A stretch of 64,000 nt of DNA from Bacilli bacterium. GTDB lineage: Bacteria > Bacillota_I > Bacilli_A > RFN20 > CAG-826. The notes beneath the pieces are model-generated. The model made no database searches and was not told the origin of the DNA. It was given only the letters and a program-made list of their open reading frames with translations. Within the stretch, counting starts at the first letter, position 1, and each line of letters begins with the position of its first letter. Below are positions 8,927-17,331 of this stretch, piece after piece. The DNA lies in NCBI GenBank assembly GCA_017454295.1, contig JAFTDF010000004.1:118776-182775 (forward strand). The letters run 5' to 3'. The position numbers were made by a program, and so were the translations under genes.

Positions 8927-9206
8927 CGGGATCTCCTTTCAAACCATAAGCTTGATAGGACGCCAAAATGCTTTCGCAGGCTTTTTGGTCGGCCTCACGG
9001 ATCACTTTTTCGGCGGCGTCTTTTACCCGCTTTTCGGTTTTCTCGATCAACGCATTGACTTGGGCAAGCGTGTCTTCCTGACTCCGCTGATACTCACCAA
9101 GGCCTTCGTCAAATGCCATATCGACGTTTTCATTCAGCGCTTCAATCGCAGCCGCATTGGAAGCGGCCTTCCGCTGGAGCGCCGAAATTTTGGGATTCTT
9201 AGGCAT
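8913..9206 (-). CDS. small predicted coiled-coil protein (97 aa)
   Basis: Strong GAGGGAGG ribosome-binding site 6 nt before the ATG. First gene of the trio. Confidence 0.5.
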   Translation of the reverse strand: MPKNPKISALQRKAASNAAAIEALNENVDMAFDEGLGEYQRSQEDTLAQVNALIEKTEKRVKDAAEKVIREADQKACESILASYQAYGLKGDPDDCE

Positions 9207-9268
9207 AAGAAACCTCCCTCGCTTTTAGACATTTTAACAAGAATGGCGAATTAATAAATCATTATTAA

Positions 9269-10303
9269 TCAGGCTTTGTTGTGCTTTTGGAATGCCGAAG
9301 CCAACATTGGAGAATCCAAGTTGGAAAGATTCTCGAATGTTTCGATGCCAAGCAACAGGAACAAGGCCCCGATTTCAAAAGGCAAGGCAATCGACCAAAG
9401 CGCTTTGGCTTCTTGGGAATATTCGTATTGGTCGGAAAGCAACGAAAGCGTGTCCCGATAAAGTTCCATCGCTTTCTCATATTCCAAATCGGCGGTGCCG
9501 TTTTCCCGAACATAGCCATCGATCATCGTCATGAGTTCGGTTTGCCGGGGAAGGTCAAAGGCCCCTTCACGTAGGAACAAATGAAGCTCTTTGATTTGCT
9601 CCGAATTGAGGTATTTCGATTCTTGAATCGTTTGGCCTTCCGCTGTTTCATCCGGCCAGAAAAGCCTGCAAATCTTCTCTACTTCATCAAAAATCTGAGT
9701 GAATGAGTCGGCTTTTCCATCATAAAGTTCGGTAGTCCCGAATCCATAGGCGGCAAAACAGAAAGGTAGTCCCGCATCCCGTGTCGCCACCCCGTCTTGA
9801 TCGGTGTCGCCGATATAAATGGCGCGTTCGATGCCGTGGCGTTCCATCAAAGCCCGGATGGTCACGGACTTCTCTTTTTTGGTGTCGGACCAACACATAT
9901 GGTCGAGGAATAAGCCGGGGGCCAAAGGCAAGAAGTTTTCGATATAGCCGCTTTGGCAATTGGAGACGATGTAGAGGGGATACCCTGCCTCCTTTAATTT
10001 GGTAAGGGTCTCTAGCTCGTTTTCGAAAAGCTGACCAGGGTGGTTCCTCAGGTATTCCACTTCATAGGCAAAACAGTCGTCGATAAAACGTTTTCTCGCT
10101 TCCGGTTCGAGTTCGCCCAAGGTGATGGAGGCGGCAATTTGGTCCATGGTCCGTCCCATTTGCGAACGAGCCATCTCAGCCGTGATTTCATAGTCACCGG
10201 AAAAATACTGCCGTCCCACGATGGTCCAGGATTCACCCACGGGCTTGCAAGCATCCCATAAGGTGCCATCTAAATCAAAAATCAATGCGGGTTTCGTCTT
10301 CAT
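9269..10303 (-). CDS. HAD-superfamily hydrolase with an extra C-terminal domain of about 140 aa
   Basis: FDLDGTLWD motif I, a downstream SNC motif and a GDTDQD-like motif III. The C-terminal 140 aa has no recognised fold. Confidence 0.7.
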   Translation of the reverse strand: MKTKPALIFDLDGTLWDACKPVGESWTIVGRQYFSGDYEITAEMARSQMGRTMDQIAASITLGELEPEARKRFIDDCFAYEVEYLRNHPGQLFENELETLTKLKEAGYPLYIVSNCQSGYIENFLPLAPGLFLDHMCWSDTKKEKSVTIRALMERHGIERAIYIGDTDQDGVATRDAGLPFCFAAYGFGTTELYDGKADSFTQIFDEVEKICRLFWPDETAEGQTIQESKYLNSEQIKELHLFLREGAFDLPRQTELMTMIDGYVRENGTADLEYEKAMELYRDTLSLLSDQYEYSQEAKALWSIALPFEIGALFLLLGIETFENLSNLDSPMLASAFQKHNKA

Positions 10304-10306
10304 ACA

Positions 10307-11581
10307 TTACCGAAGGGGAAGCAAATCGTTTTCCCAATATCCTTTTAAGAAATTCACCATGGCATCCAAATCCGCCACGCCTTGGGTCTCAACGCAAGAA
10401 TGCATGGCCCATTGGGCGATCCCGATATCGGCGGCGGAGAGGGAGACTTGGGCATTCGAAAGATTGCCGAGGGTGCTGCCGCCAGGCAAATCCGAACGGT
10501 TGCTATATTCTTGAACACCGACACCGGCTTTAAGGCCAATCATCTTGGCATAGGAAGCCGAAAGGGCATCGGAAGTATACTTAGCGTTAGCGTTATATTT
10601 CACGACGATTCCTCCATTGAGACGGACGTTGGTCGTGGGATCGGAAATTTCGGGATAGTTGGGATGGTTGGCGTGGGCATTGTCCACGGAGAATAAGAAT
10701 GAGGAGGCAATAAGCTCTTTCTTTTGGGTTTCATCCAAACCGTAAGCAGCGCAGATTTCTCCAATAAACGTTTCTAAGAAGGTCGAGGCGGCACCTTGCT
10801 TGGTCAAAGACCCCACTTCTTCGTTATCAAAGGAAACAAAAACCTGAATCATATCTTGGTTAGGCTTAGCTTGCGCAAAGGCGAGCGCAGCGGAGTAAGC
10901 GGAGGAAAGATCATCCAGCCGCGGGCTCATTAAGAATTCTTTTTCCAAGCCAACGCAAATGGCTTCTTGGCGGACATAAAGGAAGAGGTCGTGAGCCAAA
11001 AGTTTTCCATTTTGCGCGCCAGCAGCCTGAAGGACCATCTTTTCAAATGCAGGTCCATCGAATTTGCCCTGGGTCAAAACCGGAATCAACTCTTTGGCGG
11101 GGTTATATTCGTGGCCTTTATTGATGGTCCGATCCATGTGGATGCAAAGGCTGGGAATCACCAAAAGGTTTTGGTCGATGTCGACGAGGGCTTGCTTCAT
11201 GGCGCCATTTTCTTCATAGACGATCCGGCCGGCCACGGAAAGCGGACGGTCGAACCAAGTGTGCATGATCATGCCCCCATAGGGCTCGACATTCAGGCTG
11301 ATGATGTCTTTTTTGACAAAAACGGGGTTGGGTTTGAGCTTAAAGGTAGGCGAATCGTTATGGGTCGCGACGATTTTGATCGCTTTGGGTTGTCTTAAGG
11401 GCAACTTCGCTGCCACGAAAGAAGATCCGTTCGCTTGGCGGCGTAGCTTAGCGCCAGGAACAAAACGGTTTTGGGCATCGGCAATCGCATAATCGGCGAA
11501 AAGCGTTTCCAGATTCTTCACCACATGGAAGGGCGAGTGGGAAGCGTTCAATAATTCAATGATTTGGGTGACGTTTGACAT
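10307..11581 (-). CDS. M18-family aminopeptidase (aspartyl aminopeptidase-like)
   Basis: 424 aa with a conserved M18 layout (HxD ... DNEEVGS ... HS). GGAGGTAACGCCC precedes the ATG. Confidence 0.85.
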   Translation of the reverse strand: MSNVTQIIELLNASHSPFHVVKNLETLFADYAIADAQNRFVPGAKLRRQANGSSFVAAKLPLRQPKAIKIVATHNDSPTFKLKPNPVFVKKDIISLNVEPYGGMIMHTWFDRPLSVAGRIVYEENGAMKQALVDIDQNLLVIPSLCIHMDRTINKGHEYNPAKELIPVLTQGKFDGPAFEKMVLQAAGAQNGKLLAHDLFLYVRQEAICVGLEKEFLMSPRLDDLSSAYSAALAFAQAKPNQDMIQVFVSFDNEEVGSLTKQGAASTFLETFIGEICAAYGLDETQKKELIASSFLFSVDNAHANHPNYPEISDPTTNVRLNGGIVVKYNANAKYTSDALSASYAKMIGLKAGVGVQEYSNRSDLPGGSTLGNLSNAQVSLSAADIGIAQWAMHSCVETQGVADLDAMVNFLKGYWENDLLPLR

Positions 11582-11901
11582 GGGCGTTACCTCCGGGCAT
11601 TAAGCATATACCAACGCGCGAAAAGTTGCTCTAAAAACGCCTTTTAGGACCCCAAAAACCATCAAAAAACATAAAAACGGCTGACTATTTTTCACTGAAC
11701 TTTCAAAGTTTTGATAAAGCGCTTTCAATCCAGTTTTCTGTCCTTTTTCAGTCGATGCAGTGCCATTTTCCTCTTTTTAGGAGAGTTCATTTTGGTCTCT
11801 CTTTTTAAGGGTTTCACTCCCCTTTTCATGTTTTTTTCTCTTTTTTGTGGTTTTTCGATTTAACTTGGGTATTATTAAGCCGCCGAAAGGAGGATTTCCA
11901 A

Positions 11902-12915
11902 ATGGCGAACAACAGAAAACCGGTCGTCCCTGTCTTCTTTGGATGCGACCAACGCTTCACACCCTTCCTGAGCGTCGCCCTCATTTCTTTAATCGCGAAC
12001 ACATCCGCCCGGCGTCGTTACGAGATCCATATTCTCCACACCGACATCAACGAAGAAACCCAACGAAAATACCTGGCCTTTGCCAAAAACAACGTCTCGA
12101 TCCAATTCGACGATGTGACCAGCGATATCGCTTCGATCGTCGACCAGCTCCCGATTCGCGACTACTATTCCCCTTCTACCTACTACCGTTTTGTCATCGC
12201 GGCGAATTTCCCGCAATATGACAAAGCCCTTTATATCGATGCCGATACCGCCATCGTCGCCGACGTGGCCAAGCTTTACGACACCAACCTTGGTGACAAC
12301 TATGTCGCCGCCGTCCCCGAAGCCGTCATGAACACCATGGATCCCGCTGGCTTATATGCCGAAAAGGTCCTTGGTATCAACCGCAAGAAATACTTCAATG
12401 CTGGGATGATGCTAATCAACTCCAAGCAGTGGCGAAAAAACGATGTCCTCGGGCAGTTCATCAACCTGATTTCCTTCTACAATTTCGTGGTTGCCCAAGA
12501 TCAGGACTATCTCAACGTCATCTGTAAGAACAAAGTCCATATCCTCCCCCGGAAATGGAATATGGAAGCCATCAAAAACTGGAAGATTTCCGAACACGAC
12601 ATGGGCATCATCCACTATGCTTTTGCCGCCAAGCCCTGGCACGATATCAACTGCCTCTATGGCCAATACTTCTGGAAATACGCTTCCAAATCCCCCGACT
12701 TCATGGAGATCAAATCCCATTTTGCCGGCGTCACTCCGGAAAAGCTCGAAGCGGAAAAGAACGTCGCCCCCGCCGTTTTGGAAATCTGTCTGGCCGAAAT
12801 CGCCCGTCACGACAACTTCCTCCACCGCATCCATTCCAACCGTTATTCCAAGGCTCTTGGCCAACAACCCGTGATCGTTGAGCTCATTTCGCGTCTACGC
12901 GAGAACGAAGCTTAG
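11902..12915 (+). CDS. family 8 glycosyltransferase (LPS alpha-1,3-glycosyltransferase-like)
   Basis: Nucleotide-binding DxD (IDADTAIV) and the GT8 pattern HYAFAAKPW. AAAGGAGG lies 8 nt before the ATG; the longer track ORF start was rejected. Confidence 0.8.
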   Translation: MANNRKPVVPVFFGCDQRFTPFLSVALISLIANTSARRRYEIHILHTDINEETQRKYLAFAKNNVSIQFDDVTSDIASIVDQLPIRDYYSPSTYYRFVIAANFPQYDKALYIDADTAIVADVAKLYDTNLGDNYVAAVPEAVMNTMDPAGLYAEKVLGINRKKYFNAGMMLINSKQWRKNDVLGQFINLISFYNFVVAQDQDYLNVICKNKVHILPRKWNMEAIKNWKISEHDMGIIHYAFAAKPWHDINCLYGQYFWKYASKSPDFMEIKSHFAGVTPEKLEAEKNVAPAVLEICLAEIARHDNFLHRIHSNRYSKALGQQPVIVELISRLRENEA

Positions 12916-12933
12916 TGTTATCATAGTTGCGTC

Positions 12934-13719
12934 ATGGCTGAAAAACTTCCCGACACCATATATTTCAGCGACCCGTTGCACGACGAGTTTTCGACGATGG
13001 AAATCCACGCCGAACACATTGGCAAAGATTATCGCTATATCCGCAACGATACTTTCCTCGGGAAATTAGCCCACTTCTTCTATTTTCGTATCATCGGCAA
13101 GCCTTTGGCTTGGTTTTATCTTAAGTTCAAATTCCGTCATGAAATCGTCGGTAAATGGAAATTAAAACGATATAAGAAGTTCTCGATTTTCCTTTATGGG
13201 AACCACACCCAGATTATTGGGGATGCCCTCATGCCGGCATTCATGGTTTCACCGCGTTCGATCAACGTCATCGTCCATCCCAATAATGTCTTTATTCCCG
13301 GAATCGGGAAATATGTGCCTCACCTTGGCGGACTTCCTCTCCCTGGCGATAAAGAAGCCAAAGCCAATTTCGATAAGGCAATTGATTTGCGCGTCAAGCA
13401 GCATCAACCCATCTTTATCTATCCTGAGGCTCACTTATGGCCCTATTACACCGGGATTCGTCCCTTTGTTTCGGACAGTTTTATTTACCCCGTGTATTAC
13501 GGAATGCCCGTGTTTTGTTTCACCAATACCTATCATGAGCGGAAAAACGGCAAAGTCCGGATCCGTACCTATATCGACGGCCCCTTCTTTGCTAACGGGA
13601 ACCTCAATCCCAAAGAAGCCCGTGAGGATCTACGCAACCGCGTCTATAACCAAATGGTGGAACGGAGCGGCCTAAGCACTTACGAGAAGATCAAATATAT
13701 CGAGAAGAAAAATGGTTAA
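12934..13719 (+). CDS. PlsC/LPLAT-like acyltransferase with an atypical HX5D motif
   Basis: GNHTQIIGD, YPEAHLW and block IV hydrophobics. Paralogous to 14544..15410. Confidence 0.65.
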   Translation: MAEKLPDTIYFSDPLHDEFSTMEIHAEHIGKDYRYIRNDTFLGKLAHFFYFRIIGKPLAWFYLKFKFRHEIVGKWKLKRYKKFSIFLYGNHTQIIGDALMPAFMVSPRSINVIVHPNNVFIPGIGKYVPHLGGLPLPGDKEAKANFDKAIDLRVKQHQPIFIYPEAHLWPYYTGIRPFVSDSFIYPVYYGMPVFCFTNTYHERKNGKVRIRTYIDGPFFANGNLNPKEAREDLRNRVYNQMVERSGLSTYEKIKYIEKKNG

Positions 13720-14542
13720 CCTCCTGTATTGTGGCAACGAAAAAGTCTTCGATGGCATCCTGACAAGTTTGCTATCGGCCGTCAAACGCGACCCGTCTCG
13801 CGATTCGTTCCACGTCTACGTGTTCACCATGGATCTTACGCGCCTCAACCCGGCTTATACCTGCATCTCCGATCGTTTGATTTCGTTCTTGGATGGGGTG
13901 ATGAAATCCTATAACCCCGAGTCCAAAGTCGAAAAAATCGACGTCACCGAGCTTTATGAATCCACCATGGGCCATTCGCCCAACGAAGGCGCTTATTGTT
14001 CGCCTTACACTTTGATTCGCCTTTTGGCGGATCTGGTTCCGAATATGCCGGACCGTCTCCTTTATTTGGATACGGATATCATGTTCAACCGCGATATCCA
14101 TTTGCTTTATGAGCAACCCTTCAACGGGGCGGAATTCGCGGCGGCCAACGACCACTATGGCAAGTATCTCATCAATCCCCGTTATATCAATGCCGGGGTT
14201 TTGCTCTTTGATATGGTCAAATGTCGGGAGACGGGACTATTCGCCAAATCGCGGGATTGGATCAATAAAAAGAAACTGGTCTTCGCCGATCAAAGCGCTT
14301 TGCAACGGGCATGCACCAAAAAACGCCTTCTATCCCAAAAATTCAACGACCAGAAGTTCCTTCACAAAAGCACGGTCGTCCGTCATTTCTCCAAACGTTT
14401 GTTCTGGTTGCCCTACCCCCATACCGACAATATCAAGCAATACCACGTGGAGAAGGTCCACAAAGTATTCCGTTATCATCAATTCGACGATATCTTGGAC
14501 GAATACCTCGTCTTAAAAGCGAAATACGAAGGGGAAGCCTAA
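13712..14542 (+). CDS. family 8 glycosyltransferase (second copy)
   Basis: LDTDIMF DxD and NAGVLLFD motifs. Start overlaps the previous gene by 8 nt. Confidence 0.75.
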   Translation: MVNLLYCGNEKVFDGILTSLLSAVKRDPSRDSFHVYVFTMDLTRLNPAYTCISDRLISFLDGVMKSYNPESKVEKIDVTELYESTMGHSPNEGAYCSPYTLIRLLADLVPNMPDRLLYLDTDIMFNRDIHLLYEQPFNGAEFAAANDHYGKYLINPRYINAGVLLFDMVKCRETGLFAKSRDWINKKKLVFADQSALQRACTKKRLLSQKFNDQKFLHKSTVVRHFSKRLFWLPYPHTDNIKQYHVEKVHKVFRYHQFDDILDEYLVLKAKYEGEA

Positions 14543-14543
14543 C

Positions 14544-15410
14544 ATGATCGAAAAAGATCCCGAAAGATTGGAGGTCATCGCTCGTTACGAAGCCTTGGAA
14601 GCCAAGGGGATTTTCGATTTGGATGTGGAAGAAGATCCCGAAGGAAGTATCATCCTCCCGGGGATGGTGGATTATAAGCAAAAGAAACTCTCCACCAGAA
14701 TCAAAGCCAAATGGACCTTCCATCTGGCTCGTAAATTCCTCAACCGCATCATCAAGAAGGGGCTTCTCGTGATCAAAGATGTCATCGGGGTCGAAAACCT
14801 CGACGATCTCCAAAGCGGCGCCGTCTTAACCTGCAACCATTTCAATGCGCTCGATTCCTTTGCCATGCAAGTGGCCTACGAACGTTCTACCGTTTCGAAA
14901 AAACGCAAGCTCTTCCGGGTCATTCGCGAAGGCAACTACACCTCCTTCCCCGGCTTCTATGGCAAATTGATGCGGGCTTGCAACACCTTGCCCCTATCCT
15001 CCAACATGGCCACCATGAAAGAGTTTCTCGATGGGGTGGATTACCAACTCAAAAAAGGCAACCTCGTCTTGGTCTATCCCGAGCAATCCATGTGGTGGAA
15101 TTATCGTAAACCCAAACCCTTGAAGAAGGGGGCCTTCAACTTCGCCGCGAAAGCCGGCGTACCGGTCGTCCCCATCTTCATTTGCATGGAAGATAGCGAT
15201 CACATCGGCCCCGATGGCTTCCCCGTTCAAGAGATGACCATCTTCGTCGATAAGCCCATTTTCCCCGACTTAAAAAAGAACATCGTCGCCAACACCCAAG
15301 CGATGATGGATGAGAATTATCGACGCTGGAAAACCATCTATGAGGAGTTCTATAAGATTCCTTTGGTTTATACCTGCGATCAGAATAAAAAACCGCAAAA
15401 ACCCAATTAA
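14544..15410 (+). CDS. 1-acylglycerol-3-phosphate-acyltransferase-like (PlsC family)
   Basis: Canonical NHFNALD (HX4D), YPEQSMW and PVVP blocks. Confidence 0.75.
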   Translation: MIEKDPERLEVIARYEALEAKGIFDLDVEEDPEGSIILPGMVDYKQKKLSTRIKAKWTFHLARKFLNRIIKKGLLVIKDVIGVENLDDLQSGAVLTCNHFNALDSFAMQVAYERSTVSKKRKLFRVIREGNYTSFPGFYGKLMRACNTLPLSSNMATMKEFLDGVDYQLKKGNLVLVYPEQSMWWNYRKPKPLKKGAFNFAAKAGVPVVPIFICMEDSDHIGPDGFPVQEMTIFVDKPIFPDLKKNIVANTQAMMDENYRRWKTIYEEFYKIPLVYTCDQNKKPQKPN

Positions 15411-15422
15411 AGGATAAAAAAT

Positions 15423-16181
15423 ATGAGATTTGCCGCGTTTAACGTTAATGGCATTCGCGCCATTTTGGGGAAGGGCTTTGCCGAAAGCTTCTCCGCCCTC
15501 CATCCCGATTTCCTCGTCTTAGGGGAAACCAAGCTTTCCGATCCCAATGCCCCCTTCCCTTATCTTCCGGAAGGCTATTCCGTCTACCACACCGAATCCA
15601 AATTAAGGAAGGGTTATTCCGGCGTTGCGATCTACGCTAAGGAAGCACCGCTCTCCGTCCATTATGGATTAAAGGATGGCAAGTATGACGAGGAAGGCCG
15701 CGTCATCACTTTGGAATATCCCGATTTCTTTTTAGTCGGTGCCTATGTCCCCAATGCCGGCGATGGCCTGAAGCGTCTCGACTTCCGTCTTCAATATGAG
15801 CAAGACCTCGTCTCCTATTTGGATGAACTCGATGCCATCAAGCCCGTCATCTATACCGGCGATTTGAACGTGGCCCACCAAGAAATCGACATCAAGAACC
15901 CCAAAGGCAACGAACGCAATCCCGGCTTCACCATCGAGGAGCGCACCGCCTTCTCCGATTTGCTTTCCCATGGCTATGTGGATACCTATCGTTATCTCCA
16001 CCCCGATACCGTCAAATATTCTTGGTGGAGTTATCGTTTCCACGCCCGCGAAAACAACGCCGGCTGGCGCATAGACTATTTCGTGGTTTCGAAGCGTCTG
16101 CTCCCGCGCGTCAAGGATGCCGAGATCCATAACGACATTTTCGGATCGGACCATTGTCCGGTCACTTTGGATTTGGAATGA
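15423..16181 (+). CDS. xth: exodeoxyribonuclease III
   Basis: 252 aa; FNVNG, GDLNVAH and SDHCPV motifs of the Xth/ExoA EEP nucleases. Confidence 0.9.
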   Translation: MRFAAFNVNGIRAILGKGFAESFSALHPDFLVLGETKLSDPNAPFPYLPEGYSVYHTESKLRKGYSGVAIYAKEAPLSVHYGLKDGKYDEEGRVITLEYPDFFLVGAYVPNAGDGLKRLDFRLQYEQDLVSYLDELDAIKPVIYTGDLNVAHQEIDIKNPKGNERNPGFTIEERTAFSDLLSHGYVDTYRYLHPDTVKYSWWSYRFHARENNAGWRIDYFVVSKRLLPRVKDAEIHNDIFGSDHCPVTLDLE

Positions 16182-16585
16182 TGCGTTTCAAACGGGGCGA
16201 TTTTGTCATTTCCTTAATTGAAAAGGGAACCGTCCGTGAGGGTGATGTCGGCACCATCGATGCCGTCCATTCCGATTCTTACACGGTTGGGTTTTACGCC
16301 ACCGAAGACGCCCTTCTTTATAGCGGAACCTTCTTCGACGAAGAACTCGCCCCTTATCAAAAAGAAGAGGCACGTCCTTCCTTTATCGAGGGCGACATCG
16401 TGGAATTGCTTTGTGACTACCCCTCTTTGCCCCAAGGCAGCGTGGGCGAAATCGTCGCCTCCATCGGGCCGGGAATCTTTGCCATGTCTAGCAGCGTCGA
16501 AGGCGCGGAATTGCCTTTACTGGTCCCCGTGAAAGAAAAAGATTTAAGAAGAATCGGCCACCGCGAAAACGACCACCATCATTAG
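16178..16585 (+). CDS. small hypothetical protein with two tandem beta-domains, each with a GDxV...GTI/GEIV motif (DUF4926-like), and a His-rich tail
   Basis: The ATG overlaps the xth TGA (ATGA). The internal repeat FKRGDFVISLIEKGTVREGDVGTIDAV is echoed by FIEGDIVELLCDYPSLPQGSVGEIVAS. Confidence 0.5.
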   Translation: MMRFKRGDFVISLIEKGTVREGDVGTIDAVHSDSYTVGFYATEDALLYSGTFFDEELAPYQKEEARPSFIEGDIVELLCDYPSLPQGSVGEIVASIGPGIFAMSSSVEGAELPLLVPVKEKDLRRIGHRENDHHH

Positions 16586-16626
16586 TTTTTTCTTCGTTTA
16601 GAGTAGATTGCGTGTATTATTTCCCT

Positions 16627-17331
16627 ATGGGAAAGATCATCATCGAACATTTGCACAAAACCTATCATCCGGGAGAAGAAAACGAAGTCCGGGCTTTAGA
16701 CGACATCAATTTCACCCTTGAAGAAGGGGAATTCGTCGTGATCCTTGGACCTTCCGGGGCTGGAAAATCCACCTTGCTCAACATCATGGGTGGTATGGAT
16801 ACCCCCACTTCCGGTGTCTACGAAATCGCCGGGCGCGACGTCGCCGGGTTTAAGGATAAGGAACTGACGCTCTTCCGTAGGAAAGACGTCGGTTTCGTTT
16901 TCCAATTCTATAACCTTATCGGCAACCTGAACGCTTTGGAAAACGTCGAATTAGCCGCTTCGATCGCCGACGCCCCTTTTGATGCCAAAGAAACTTTAGA
17001 AAAGGTGGGCTTAGGAAAACGTCTCGGCAATTATCCTTCCCAGCTTTCCGGCGGCGAGCAACAACGCACCGCGATCGCCCGTGCCCTTGTGAAAAACCCC
17101 GCGTTGCTTCTTTGCGATGAGCCCACCGGGGCTTTGGATAGTAAAACCGGGGCCTCCATCATCGAATTGCTTTATGGCCTTAGCCGCGATTATAAAAAGA
17201 CCGTCGTCATGGTCACCCATAACGCGGCAATCGCCCAAGTTGGGGACCGCGTCATTCGCATCGCCGATGGCAAAGTCTTATCCAACGAGCTCAACCCCAA
17301 CCCTCTAAAACCGAGTGAGGTAGACTGGTGA
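16627..17331 (+). CDS. ABC transporter ATP-binding protein (MacB/LolD-type)
   Basis: Walker [18 protein letters not shown] signature and Walker [19 protein letters not shown] lies 6 nt upstream of the ATG with no SD. Confidence 0.85.
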   Translation: MGKIIIEHLHKTYHPGEENEVRALDDINFTLEEGEFVVILGPSGAGKSTLLNIMGGMDTPTSGVYEIAGRDVAGFKDKELTLFRRKDVGFVFQFYNLIGNLNALENVELAASIADAPFDAKETLEKVGLGKRLGNYPSQLSGGEQQRTAIARALVKNPALLLCDEPTGALDSKTGASIIELLYGLSRDYKKTVVMVTHNAAIAQVGDRVIRIADGKVLSNELNPNPLKPSEVDW

